From assembly GCA_949358305.1 (NCBI GenBank), contig OX442314.1, positions 496,001-560,000 of the forward strand: DNA of 64,000 nucleotides, in the 5' to 3' direction. Shown in pieces: positions 1 through 12,600 of the stretch. Numbering within the stretch: position 1 is the first letter of the stretch; each line of letters begins with the position of its first letter. Position numbers and translations under genes: made by a program. This DNA is from Strigamia acuminata. Taxonomy: Eukaryota. The notes under the pieces are model-generated. The model saw only the letters and a program-made list of their open reading frames with translations, was not told where the DNA came from and searched no databases.

Positions 1-58
1 AGGTGACGAAATGAGGAAATAGAATAATATAAAATGCTAATTTGGTTTGGAAATGAAG

Positions 59-1487
59 GTTGTGCAAGGAAGCGAACCACCTTCCCCTGCGCTGCGACGA
101 GATCGAGCAGAAGCCGGAAGTGCAGTACCGCACGTACATCGAGGATCAGATGACGGACGCGTTGTTGCGGACGTGTCCCCGGTGCAAACGCCGTATCATC
201 AAGGAGTATGGCTGCAACAAGATGACGTGCACGTGCGGCCAACACTTTTGCTATGTATGTCGCGAGGCCATCAAGGACTACAAGCATTTCGACAACGGAA
301 GGTGAGTTTGTGAACAAATGGGTGAAATTGAAATTAAATGAAATCCAATTTTAGGCAAAATATCCAATTTTAGGCCAAAAATCCAATTTTAGGCCAAAAA
401 TCCAATTTTAGGCCAAAAATCCAATTTTAGGCCAAAAATCCAATTTTAGGCCAAAAATCCAATTTTAGGCCAAAAATCCAATTTTAGGCCAAAAATCCAA
501 TTTTAGGCCAAAAATCCAATTTTAGGCCAAAAATCCAATTTTAGTCCAAATATCCAATTTTCAAATAATTCAATTTTCGGCCAAAAATCCAATTTTCCAA
601 ACATCCAAAAAAAATTCAATTTTCCAAAAATCCAATTTTAGACCAAAAATTCAATTTTCCAAAAATCCAATTTTAGACCAAAAATCCAATTTTAGACCAA
701 AAATCCAATTTTAGACCAAAAATCCAATTTTAGACCAAAAATCCAATTTTAGACCAAAAATCCAATTTTAGACCAAAAATCCAATTTTAGACCAAAAATC
801 CAATTTTAGACCAAAAATCCAATTTTAGACCAAAAATCCAATTTTAGACCAAAAATCCAATTTTAGACCAAAAATCCAATTTTAGACCAAAAATCCAATT
901 TTTCAAAAGTCTAATTTCAAGTTAAAAATCCAATTTTCCAAAAATCCAATTTTAGGCCAAAAATATTTCAATTTTCCGAAAATCTCTTTTTAGGCCAAAA
1001 ATCCAATTTTCCAAAAATCCAATTTTAGGCCAAAAATATTTCAATTTCCCAAGAAGCCAATTTCAGGCCATAAATGTACATACTAATTGTATTTGAACGC
1101 AGATGTCCGCAATACTCGAACGACGCTGAACTGCATCGGCTGGAAGTGCAGGAGGGCGCCAAGAAGGCGCGGCAAGACTACGTGCAGGCGCACCCGGAAG
1201 TGCAGACGGTCGAGCTGCGCCACGACCCGACGAAAACGCCGTTCGCGGCCGTGCAGAGGCAGCAGCAGCAGTACGCGCAAGGCGCCGTGCCGATCGTCAA
1301 CGAGCGCGGTCAAATCGTGTTCCAGCGACCACCGCTGCGCCAGCCCCAACAGCCGCTCATTCCCCTCGTGAACGCGGTCCGACCGATACCGATCCGACCC
1401 GTGCTGGCGCGACCAGTGCCGAGGCCCCCGAACAACGCAGCGGCGCAAGCGGCGAACAACGCGGGCGCACAAGGCGCAGGTGCGTAA
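59..1487 (+). CDS. RNF216: RNF216/TRIAD3-like RBR E3 ubiquitin ligase, 3' terminal exons (gene starts upstream of window)
   Basis: Exons ~59-301 (donor GTGAG at 302) and 1103-1487 (after CAG) join in frame as ...NGR|CPQY. They encode the RING2/Rcat motif CPRC..IIKEYGCNKMTCTCGQHFCYVCR, preceded by EDQMTDALLRTC, which matches the RNF216 subfamily as I recall it. Q/P-rich tail. Confidence 0.8.
341..1070. repeat. Intronic minisatellite, 19-bp unit AAAATCCAATTTTAG(G/A)CCA
   Basis: Directly visible tandem array in two homogeneous blocks (aggcc, then agacc) with degenerate edges. Confidence 0.95.
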
Positions 1488-2177
1488 CTCGTTTCGTTTT
1501 TCGTCCAATTAACGAGGAGGATTTGATTCCGTTTAGCAGGCAACAAACGGAATAACTGAGAGAGAGAGGAGTAGAGGACTCGTCGTCGTAATTGAGTTTT
1601 CTTTTTGTCATCAGAGGGCGTCGTGGTGTCGGAGGATTGAAGAAGCAGAAAGAAAAAATCAATTTTATTCATCTATTCATTGTCGTTCTTTGAAATTGAT
1701 TGCTCATGTACATAGAAAAGAAAAAAAATGATTTTTCTTATTTTCTCGTCTATAAAATAAGAATAAATTAGGGTGAAGCCGATATTGGCCGTAATTATTT
1801 GTCATTTTTAAGGATCGCACCGAATGTTTGTGTTTTTGTTTTAACTTCCGGTGCCCAGTAGCGCCACCACTGGTAGTTTTTAACTAAAATGGATGCCAGA
1901 TTGTCAGGGTCGACTCTAAATCTGCTTCGTTTTTAATTATAAAGCGCTCGATAAATTGTGAAACCAGGCTAATCCTGGATAAAATAAAAATTCCTATCTG
2001 CCCATATATTTTGTTTTTCCATTTTAATGTGGAAAAGTCTATTAGTTTGAGATTTTCGGCGCGCACGAAAAAATCTGCGGTAGTAGCGCACTCTGGCGGC
2101 GATTTGAAAAAGCAATATAAAAGCCTTCTTCAAAAACGTAGTTTTTTCAATTTACTTGTTTTAATTTACTTGTTATT

Positions 2178-2555
2178 TTGTTAGAAGAAGAGGAATACGA
2201 CGAAGAAATATACGAAGAAGTCGACGACGACGGTGGAAGCGATTACCAGAGCGAAACAGACGATGAAGACGAGGACGACGACAGTGGAAGCGATTACCAG
2301 AGCGAAATAGACGAAGAAGACGACGAGGACGACAGTGCAAGCGATTACCAGAGCGAAGTGTCGTTGGACCTTTTTAATTCGTGCATCGATTCAACGGCGA
2401 GCGAATCTGAATGCGAATGTGTTCGAGTGGATGAGTGGAGTGTGGTTCGCTGTCACGACGATGAATCGTACGCGTCGTGTCGGGCCGACGACTCCGATTA
2501 CATCGACGTTGACTCGGACGTCTTCTATTCCGACGACGACATCATTATCGAATAA
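2178..2555 (+). other. Acidic low-complexity ORF/exon of uncertain status
   Basis: D/E-rich frame with three internal repeats (AGCGATTACCAGAGCGAA). TATAAAA at ~2116 upstream and AATAAA at the stop, but no in-frame ATG. Possible exon or gene fragment. Confidence 0.3.
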
Positions 2556-2762
2556 AATCAAATTGTGTGTATTTTGTTGCAACGACTAACAACTCGCTCT
2601 CATTTCGAAAATAAAAGAAAAGTCAAAGTTGTTGTTCAGTATTTATTGGATTGAGTGAATAATTGATTGCAGTAATTCGGAAAAAATCTCAAACAAATAA
2701 TAGGACCAGTTGGATAAAATTCGGATTAATTCTCATATTCGTAATAGGATCAGTTTGATAAA

Positions 2763-3571
2763 ATGACGAGCAACCGTCCTGTCGCTCTCCCATTGGCCCA
2801 GAAATCGGGCCAACCCCCTCTGGTGGCTGTTGTCGAAAAAGGCGATGTGCTAGTGCTGAGCTACAGAATGCTGCAAATTCAGGTATTTCTGAGGAATTCT
2901 AAACTCCATCTTAATTCTTAATCATCGGGTGGATTGCAGAGAGTTAAGTCGTTATGAATATCACATTGATCCTTAATTGAATGATGCGGCTCAGCGACAA
3001 CGACAACGACATTGTGGAACGTGCGTACATCGACGTTCGAGTTGAATCTTAAAAGGCGGCGACCAAGCGCAAATTGATCAAAAGGTTTGCTTTTTAATTT
3101 TGTGTTTATAAATACGGTAGTTTGATATGTTTCTATTGATTTTTATTAATTTTTATAGTTTTTTTTATTGATTTTTATTAATTTTGATTGGTTTTTATTG
3201 ATTTTTGCTGATTTATCTTGAATTTTATTAATTTTTATTGGTTTTTATTGATTTTTATCATGATTTTTCATTGATTTTTGCTGGTTTATCTTGATTTTTA
3301 TTGGTTTTTATTGACTTTTATTGGTTTTTATTGATTTTTATTGGTTTTTATTGATTCTTATTGGTTTTTATTTATTCTTATTGGTTTTTATTGATTATTA
3401 TCGGTTTTTATTGATTTTTATCATGATTTTTCATTGATTTTTCATTGTTTTGCAGCGATTTCAGCGTGGAAGAGTTTCTAGAAATGTTTCCAGATCCTGA
3501 GAACTATTTTAAAAACCAAGAGCGAGTCGTCAGCCCATCGTACGTGCTGTGGAACATGTCCTCCACTGATG
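2763..3571 (+). pseudogene. Spliced but frame-broken fragment resembling the N-terminal part of invertebrate RNF216-like proteins
   Basis: Exon-like blocks 2763-2882, 2940-3085 and 3456-3571 with GT/AG ends. The last reads DFSVEEFLEMFPDPENYFKNQERVVSPSY, similar to a motif I recall from arthropod RNF216-like proteins. In-frame stops in the middle block. Confidence 0.35.
3130..3450. repeat. Degenerate ~10/20-bp T-rich tandem repeat (TTGGTTTTTA/TTGATTTTTA)
   Basis: Visible tandem array between exon-like blocks. Confidence 0.85.
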
Positions 3572-4793
3572 GTAAATTGCTGAAAACAAAATTAGAAAAT
3601 AATTAATAAACTCATTGAAATAATTGCAGGACCGTCGGCTAAGAAAAGTAATCAATCGTATCTGTACTCACAGTCACACATGACATGTATAAAATAATGA
3701 ATGAATTATTAATTCGACAAAATTTAACAAATAGCAGCAGAAAAAAGAAAACCGATTCAAATCTGGCGCTCTTTTGACATCGCGAGCGCATTCTGGCGGT
3801 GGATTTATCAAATGCAATCAACGGCGCTTTAGATAAAGATTTTTGTAAACTTTTATTACTCTAGAATCAATAAACCTTTGGTTGAATTTTCACTTTGTCC
3901 TTGAACATAAATAAATTCTTGATATACATAAACTTACGATGAGCATTTGATCCGTTTATGCCCATTGTATTGCAATAACCAATGAGCGCTCAAGGTTATG
4001 CAATGTGTACGTGCGGCTCTGCACGTCACCACAACGGTAAATTTAGATCGAATTTGATGAAATAAAATGAAATAAAATAACAGAAGTCACCTACGACATT
4101 TTTTTTGAAGCAAAATAATCTCGTGTTAATTTTTTTTCCTATAATAAATAGATTAAATGGATTTTTTCGCTTTATTATTATTATTACATAGAAATAACGA
4201 GTACAAAGTTCGAATGACCTAATCTGTACTTGAGGCCTGGAACCTTCATTTTTTATCCCTTGTTTGTATATTTAGGTCATGGATGCGTGACACGAATCAA
4301 TAACATCTTTCACTTTCATCCGGACTTTCTTTAAATGAAATAAAAAAGATTTTCTTTAATATCAAATAAACAAAACACGACGCCATTTTTTAAAAACCAA
4401 CTTTTCATTTATTACATCATTTTATCACCAGGTTTACAGGCTCGTTCTATTTTTATCAGTATTTACGAAATTTATTATTAATAATTTGTTATTATAAAAA
4501 TGATTTAATTTATTTTTCAAAGATAAACAAACAAAACTAAAATATCTTTAAATGGCCGTTGTTTACTTTCACACACAAATTTCCTGATTGGCCACCATAA
4601 TGGGTGTAGCTCCCAACAGCCAATGGAACGTCGGTACGTCATAAAAGTCAAAGTGAAAACAAGGAAGCTAATGCACACGGTCCCATGTGTTCGTTCTGAG
4701 TCCACCTCGATGGTTTGGTGAGTAAACACGGCCATTTTATTCATTTAAAAAATCTTTAATTTCGAATTCTTCTTAGAATTGCAATCGGAATAA

Positions 4794-5207
4794 ATGTCTG
4801 AAACGGAAATCTGCGGCTCGGCGCAGCTGTGTTTCCCGAAAGATCGCTCGTGGTTCCAAGGCCACCTGGTGACGGAGGACGACAGTCAGTTCACCGTGAA
4901 GGGCGTGCGATCCGACACGAACGAGCTGTGCGACGTGTACCGAGTGAGCGTGCACGACCACGAACAGTTTTTCAACTTCAGCCTGCAGAGCGTGATGCGA
5001 ATGAGGAAGCAAAACTGCCGCCTCGAGTCGAAACAGATGAATTTCGAGTCGGTCCGTCGCTACCGAGGCCAACGGGCGGACATCTTGATCCAGTCGTCGC
5101 TTCCGGATTTAGTCGGCCGCGATTTGGACTTGTTTGTCGGTCAAATCAAGATCGTTTTCCATCAGAAACTCACGCCACTCATTCCCTACCCCACGTGGTC
5201 GAGTTAA
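4794..5207 (+). CDS. Hypothetical 137-aa protein (single coding exon)
   Basis: ATG-started ORF with the GC3-rich codon style of the real exons here. Apparent 5'UTR intron (GTGAGT ~4718 to TTAG ~4776) and downstream AATAAA signals. No family recognised. Confidence 0.5.
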   Translation: MSETEICGSAQLCFPKDRSWFQGHLVTEDDSQFTVKGVRSDTNELCDVYRVSVHDHEQFFNFSLQSVMRMRKQNCRLESKQMNFESVRRYRGQRADILIQSSLPDLVGRDLDLFVGQIKIVFHQKLTPLIPYPTWSS

Positions 5208-5244
5208 AAATATTTTCCGCTCATGCCATCGCTCGATTATTTTT

Positions 5245-5592
5245 AGTTTTTAGATGAGTTTCGACCGGTTTGCTCCGCCATCGCTCGTTTTTATGTATTT
5301 TTAGATGGAATTCGCCCAGCTTTGGGGCATTTTTTTCGTTCTGCGTTGGTTTTAATAAAGAATAAAGCGTTTAATATGATTATTTTACATTGATTTCGCC
5401 ATTTTTACATTAATTTCCAGTTTTTAGATGAGTTTTGACCGGTTTGGTCCGCCATCGCTCGTTTTTATGTCTTTTTAGATGGAATTCGCCCGGTTTTGGG
5501 TCATTTTTTTCGTTCTGCGTTGTTTTTAATAAAGAATTAAGCTTTTTATACGATTATTTCACATTGATTTCGTCATTTTTACATTAATTTCC
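5245..5592. repeat. Tandem duplication of a ~175-bp unit in the 3' region shared by two convergent genes
   Basis: Two diverged copies (~5245-5419 and ~5420-5592), each running TTTTAGATGAGTTT..GACCGG...ACATTAATTTCC. Confidence 0.85.
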
Positions 5593-5850
5593 GTTTTCTT
5601 GCGACGCATTTCGGAGGAAAATCGTTTTCGGGATGAATTTTTTGTCTTTGACACTTTGCACGTCCACGTTGAGGATTTCGTCGAGTCGTCGGTCTTCACG
5701 TTCCTCTTTGATGCTTTTCGTCGTATAGGGCGTGTATTTGTCGGACAATACGCCTTCCAAGTGGTAGCCGATGAATCCGACGATGAGCGCGACGGGGAAC
5801 GTCACGTACGGCGCATATGTCCTCAACGCCGCCATTATTAGAGGGAGCAT
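5584..5850 (-). CDS. SMIM12: Small integral membrane protein 12 (88 aa)
   Basis: MLPLIMAALRTYAPYVTFPVALIVGFIGYHLE...SIKEEREDRRLDE matches the SMIM12 signature (RTYAPYVTFPVA..VG..GYHLE; REDRKLDE). ATG at 5850. Confidence 0.93.
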   Translation of the reverse strand: MLPLIMAALRTYAPYVTFPVALIVGFIGYHLEGVLSDKYTPYTTKSIKEEREDRRLDEILNVDVQSVKDKKFIPKTIFLRNASQENGN

Positions 5851-6670
5851 TCTCGCGAAATGGGCAAATTTGGTTGGAAAAATCTGTGAGAAGATGTCTG
5901 GAGAATATTTTTTCATGTTAAATTGTAAGAATCGTTTCCGTTTTAGACGTTTTACCGTTTTAATAGTGAGCACCGACTTCCATAAACATCCTAGTTGTTG
6001 TCGACATCTAGCGTTGGTTTTGAAAACGAGGCAATAAAAATGTCGTAACTATTTTCTAATAATTGTTTATTTAAATAATGAATTACGTGGCGTTGAGAAA
6101 TAAATTTTTATTTAAAAAGGAAGGAAATAAAGAAAAACGAGTCGAACCGGTATAATTAATTCTGATAAGTAATTACGTAACGTTTGAAAAATGTAATCAG
6201 CAAACGACGCAATGGCGCCCCACAGCGGACTAATAAAATAAACACAATTTTAGCGCATTTATTGAGCATTTATTGAGCATATACTCTAAAAAAAGCACTT
6301 AATAACATAATTGGTGTCGAAATGAAACCAACACACTCGCAAATCAATGCTAAAAAAGAGAAAACCGTGGAATTACGTAAACAGTTGACACTAGATGGCA
6401 TTTAGGGCATTTTCGCCCAACGTGCGCCGTGCTCGGCGAGCCATGATCTCGTATGATCCAGTCCGATCGCTCCGATGACGATAACGATGTAAATCCGCCC
6501 TGTTCTTCGATTTGTAAATATTTTTATACCCGCTAACCACGTGTAAGAGGTAAGTGTTGAAGCAGCGAAACAAAAACATACGTTTGGTGTTTTAAATTCG
6601 ATAGGTCGCCGCTGGAATCTTATTAAATCTCTTCGATCAAATCGCGGTCGAAAAGCGAGACAAACACGTG

Positions 6671-9600
6671 ATGAGTTCGCACATTTTTGAGTCAGGGAAG
6701 CCGAGCGACACTCTAATCATATCAAAAGTGGAGGGCAAAGAGCTGAGCAACGAACTGGGCGACAGTTTTTCGGAGCAGCGCAAAAGTGACGTGCACGTGA
6801 TGGGTCGCACGGCCGAAAATTGCTCGTATCGTCTGGACGGAGAAGAGATCGCGGACTCGGACGACGAGGCGAATCCGGCCAACAGTATCATGCTGCACGG
6901 CGCGGGGTTCACGGCCGCTTCGGTGCACGAGACGTTGATGAACCGCAGGTCGGATTCGGACTCGAGTATCAGTAGTTTTACCAATTTGACGTCGGCGTGT
7001 TCGGACAAAATTGAGGAGTTGAAGGCGGAGGAGGTTCGCTGGTTTTATAAACATTATAACGATAAGAAGTGGGTCGCGTTTGTCGGATATGATTCGCTGC
7101 ATTTGGAGGAGAGGTATCGCAATTTGAACCAGGAAACGAAGGAGTGTTTGGATTTGGAGAAGATTTATGTGAGGGGAGGATTGTACGAGACGGATGTCGA
7201 GTCGAGAGTGTGTACTTCGATTTATTGGGCCGGTAATTGATTATTAGCTATTTTTATGAATGAATTCGGTGAGAAAATGAATTTTTCGCAATAAAATTAT
7301 TCAGAGAATGAATTTTTCTCAATAAAATTATTCAGAGAATGAATTTTTCTCAATAAAATTATTCAGAGAATGAATTTTTCTTAATTAAATCATTCAGAAA
7401 TTGAATTTTTCTCAATAAAATTAGTGAGAAAATGAATTTTTCTCAATAAAATTAGTGAGAAAATGAATTTTTCTCAATAAAATTAGTGAGAAAATGAATT
7501 TTTCTCAATAAAATCAGTGAGAAAATGAATTTTTCTCAATAAAATCAGTGAGAAAATGAATTTTTTTTAATAAAATCAGTGAGAAAATGAATTTTGCTCA
7601 ATAAAATTATTCAGAAAATGAATTTTTCTCATTCGTAAAATAAATTTAAATGAATTTAAAATTCGAAATTATAATTTTGTTCTTCTTTTGTTTAGGTGAG
7701 GAGTTTAAAATTATGCGTGCTACGTGGTTTCACGACGGATCGTGGCAGCCTTTGGACGAATGTTCGGCCGAGCAGATTGAAATAGCGCATTTGAAGAAGT
7801 TTCTTGGTTCTAAGTGTTCGGATTACACGCAGTCGACGCCGTCGAAAGGAGCTAAACCTGGTGCGATCATTTAGTTTAGTTTCTTGTTGCAATGATTAAT
7901 TGCTTCTGCTTTTTTTTTTAATTCGGATATTTTGGCTTTTTGTTTGAATTTATTGTATTTTTCTTAGAATTTATTCAATTTTTTAATTTTTGTTTATGTT
8001 TAGTGAGATTTTTGAATTTTCTTTATATTTAGTGAGATTTTTAAATTTTTCTTTATTTCTCTGAATTTTTGAAATGTATAAATTGCGTGTGAAACATTTT
8101 GATTTTTGAATGAATTGTAGTGATTTTGAATGTGCAATTGACGACTTTCCACGTCGATTGGAACGGGCCTCGCGAAGTTTATTTATTCAGTGAAGCGACA
8201 CCATCGAAACTAGTTCGTTCGTTTAGTCAGAGGATTGGCTTACAAAAATGTAAATTAATCTTTTTCTCCTCTACAATATCTAAATTGTAATGTTTTTAAC
8301 AAAATATTTACAGCCGGGTATCGTCTACATCGAGGATATTCGGAGGAAGCCACACTCACTGACAAACCCGCGGACATCACGCATCTTATTTTCGTCATAC
8401 ACGGAATCGGTCAGAAAGGAGAAACGAGCAAAATTATCCGAAATTGCTCAAAGTAAAAATCCATTTTACTCCATTTTGATTTCGTTTTGATGAAAAATAA
8501 CAATTTAAAGCACAAAATATTGCACCGAATATTCGTTTTGTATTCGGCTATTAGGCCTATTCGGACTAAAACCCGAATATTATGTATTTGGCCGAATAAT
8601 GAAATAATTTTGCAGTGTAACAGGATGAATACTAATAATTTAGACAATATACATTGCATTTTCCGAGACAACTTCAGATTTATAGGTCAAAATTGCATTT
8701 TTTATACGAAAAAATTCAATTTTTAATATTAAATTGCAATTATTACCTAAAAAACGCAAATTGTACAATAAAAATTCAATATTTATTTTAAAAATGAAAT
8801 TTTTAAGGCAGTAATTGCATTTTCCAAGTAAAAATTGCTTTTCAGAGGTAACAATTGCACTTTTTAGGCAAAAATCGCTATTTTTAGACAAAAATTGCAT
8901 TTTTTTACGAAAAGGACATTTTAAACTTAAAAAATTAAATTTTTTGGGTAAAAAGAACATTTTAGATCCTAAAAACTGCATTTATTAGACAAAAAGTAAT
9001 TTTTTTAAGCCAAAATTGGCTTTTTTTCAACATAAAAATAATATTCGGTTATTCGGCTTATTGAATATTCGGTGCAACCCTACAAAAAATGTTTTCGACA
9101 TTAATTACTGACTAACTGTAACAATTTTTGACATTCCAGATTGCGTGATGCTGTCACTTTCCTCAAGAAAAAATATTTCCACGCGCTGAAAGAGTCGGAA
9201 GAACGGTCGGAATTTTTCCCGGTCGAATGGAGATCAAATCTGAAGTTAGACGGAGGTTAGTAGCGCTCAAATTGCGTCCATTTGTTCGCGTTTAATCGCT
9301 TTAATCGTTGCAGACACCGTGGAATCGGTGACGCCGCACAAAATTCGAGGTTTGCGCGAACTTTTGAATCGCACGGCGATGGACATCATGTACTACACGA
9401 GTCCCATGTACCGCACCGAAGTAAGACGAGATCCGAGTTAAAGTTTCGTTTGTGTGATTGTTTTTTTTTTTGTAGATCGTCAATTGTTTGTCCAACGAAC
9501 TGAATCGGTTGTACGGAATGTTTTGTCAACGGAATCCGTCGTTCGAGAGCGGCGGCGGCAAAGTGTCGGTTGTTGCGCATTCGCTCGGATGCGTCATCAT

Positions 9601-12600
9601 GTATGATATTTTAACTGGTTTTAATCCCGTGCAGTTGTATTTAAAGGATTTGGTGGTGAGTTTTGTAGGACGGGGAAGTACAAACGTGAAGTTTAAATGA
9701 AATTTAGGGTTATTCTTAGTTTAGTTTGTGGTTGTGTGGAAAAATGCAGTTTTTGGAACGGAGCGCCATTATTTTTTGCTAAAAAAGCATTTGACTCGTA
9801 CAAAAAAATACATTTTTACATTTTTTACACTTAGAAATGCAATATTTCACTCAAAAAATGTGTATTTTCACTTAAAAATGCACAATTTCACTCAAAAAAT
9901 GTGTATTTTCACTTAAAAATGCACAATTTCACTCAAAAAATGTGTATTTCCACTTAAAAATGCACAATTTCACTCAAAAAATGTGTATTTCCACTTAAAA
10001 ATGCACAATTTCGCTCAAAAAATGTGTATTTCCACTTAAAAATGCACAATTTCACTCAAAAAATGTGTATTTTCACTTAAAAATGCACAATTTCACTCAA
10101 AAAATGTGTATTTCTACTTAAAAATGCACAATTTCGCTCAAAAAATGCACAATTTCGCTCAAAAAATGTGTATTTCCACTTAAAAATGCACAATTTCACT
10201 CAAAAAATGTGTATTTTCACTTAAAAATGCACAATTTCGCTCAAAAAATGCACAATTTTGCTCAAAAAATGCACAATTTCGCTCAAAAAATGCACAATTT
10301 CGCTCAAAAAATGTGTATTTCCACTTAAAAATGCACAATTTCACTCAAAAAATGTGTATTTTCACTTAAAAATGCACAATTTCACTCAAAAAATGTATAT
10401 TTCCACTTAAAAATGCACAATTTCGCTCAAAAAATGCACAATTTCGCTCAAAAAAATGTGTATTTCCACTTAAAAATGCACAATTTCACTCAAAAAATGT
10501 GTATTTTCACTTAAAAATGCACAATTTCGCTCAAAAAATGCACAATTTCGCTCAAAAAATGTGTATTTCCACTTAAAAATGCACAATTTCACTCAAAAAA
10601 TGTGTATTTTCACTTAAAAATGCACAATTTCACTCAAAAAATGTGTATTTCCACTTAAAAATGCACAATTTCGCTCAAAAAATGCACAATTTCGCTCAAA
10701 AAAATGTGTATTTCCACTTAAAAATGCACAATTTCACTCAAAAAATGTGTATTTTCACTTAAAAATGCACAATTTCGCTCAAAAAATGCACAATTTCGCT
10801 CAAAAAATGTGTATTTCCACTTAAAAATGCACAATTTCACTCAAAAAATGTGTATTTTCACTTAAAAATGCACAATTTCACTCAAAAAATGTGTATTTCC
10901 ACTTAAAAATGCACAATTTCACTCAAAAAATGTGTATTTCCACTTAAAAATGCACAATTTCGTTCAAAAAATGCACAATTTCGCTCAAAAAATGTGTATT
11001 TCCACTTAAAAATGCACAATTTCACTCAAAAAATGTGTATTTTCACTTAAAAATGCACAATTTCACTCAAAAAATGTGTATTTCTACTTAAAAATGCACA
11101 ATTTCGCTCAAAAAATGCACAATTTCGCTCAAAAAATGTGTATTTCCACTTAAAAATGCACAATTTCACTCAAAAAATGTGTATTTTCACTTAAAAATGC
11201 ACAATTTCGCTCAAAAAATGCACAATTTCGCTCAAAAAATGTGTATTTCCACTTAAAAATGCACAATTTCACTCAAAAAATGTGTATTTTCACTTAAAAA
11301 TGCACAATTTCACTCAAAAAATGTGTATTTCCACTTGAAAATGCACAATTTCGCTCAAAAAATGCACAATTTCGCTCAAAAAAATGTGTATTTCCACTTA
11401 AAAATGCACAATTTCGCTCACAAAATGATTTATTTACATTTAAAATGCATTTTGGCATTTTAAAGTGTTAATGTTTTGTTTGCTCTTAAGAAAATCTCGT
11501 TTTATTTGACTGATGGACTTGTACTATAACCTCGTCCCACTATCTGTTGAATTGATACGAATAAAATGTAAATTTTTTCTTGCGGATTAAAGGCCGAATC
11601 GAGTAGAGACCTAAATTCCGAGGAGGGTAAAACAACGCGACAATTAATGGACTTGGAAGCGTCGTTGCTCGAGCACGCTTCAAAACCCAAGGAATCCATG
11701 ACCGCCTTTACGGTTAAATTAAATAAAATAAAATTTAATTATTTCAATTTTTTAACGTTAAAAATTGCAAATTTCAGGTCGAGAATTTCTTCTGTTTGGG
11801 TTCGCCATTGGCCGTGTTTTTGGCTTTACGCGGATTCCGGCCGGAAACGGAACCGCTCGAGAGCATCGTTCCTCGTCATTTAGTGAAAAAAATGTTCAAC
11901 ATTTATCATCCTTCGGATCCGGTTGTAAGGCGAAACGGTTTTGTGTTTGAGAACGATTTTATCGGTTGATTCGTCATTTGTTTTAGGCCTATCGACTCGA
12001 GCCGCTGATAAAACGAGAGTACGGTGCCAACATGCCGCTTCAAATTCATTATTACGCTACAATAGAGAAAACTCCGTATGAAACGATGCCCGTAGAACCC
12101 CTTATTCCATCTCGTGATGAAAAAACGAGTTTGTCGAAAGAAAGTGTGGACGAACCGAAATCGCCGGATAAAACGTGCAAATGTGAGTTTTAATAGAAAG
12201 AAAAATCGATTTGCACATTTTTTTTAATTTCTTTTTTTTTGGTTTTAAATTTGATCTTATTGAGGAATAATTTGACTTGAAATGGATTAGGTTTTCTCGG
12301 TAATTTATTGATTAAAAACAATTTTTTTTTTTTTTGAAAAATTAGGGTAAAATCGATATTTTGATGTAAATTAGTGATGGGATTGCTTTTTTGGTTTGAA
12401 TTACTCGGAAAATCGTTTTTTGGGTTTCATTATTGTTTAAAAAACGTTTATGTAGGGTTGTTTAGTGATAAAAGCCAGTTAGGATTTAAATTATTGATTA
12501 AGTTCACTTTTCATGTGTAAATTACCGAAAAAACTTCACTTTTTTGGTGAAATTATTGAGAAAAATTGATTTTTTCGCTAATTTTATTGAGAAAAATTTA

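Noticed and set aside
341..1070. CRISPR-like array
   Set aside because: Head-to-tail units with no unique spacers, inside a spliceosomal intron, no cas genes. The same applies to 9843-11430 and 36228-36432.
3640..4400. Possible minus-strand spliced gene
   Set aside because: Some splice-like signals, but I could not assemble a consistent open frame or recognise a product.
5584..5973. 129-aa version of SMIM12
   Set aside because: Starts at a non-ATG codon; family similarity begins at the ATG at 5850.
8519..9082. hAT-like MITE in DDHD1 intron 4 (TTGCACCGAATATTC / GAATATTCGGTGCAA)
   Set aside because: The inverted 15-mer is real, but the left terminus looks truncated and no TSD is visible, so boundaries cannot be supported.
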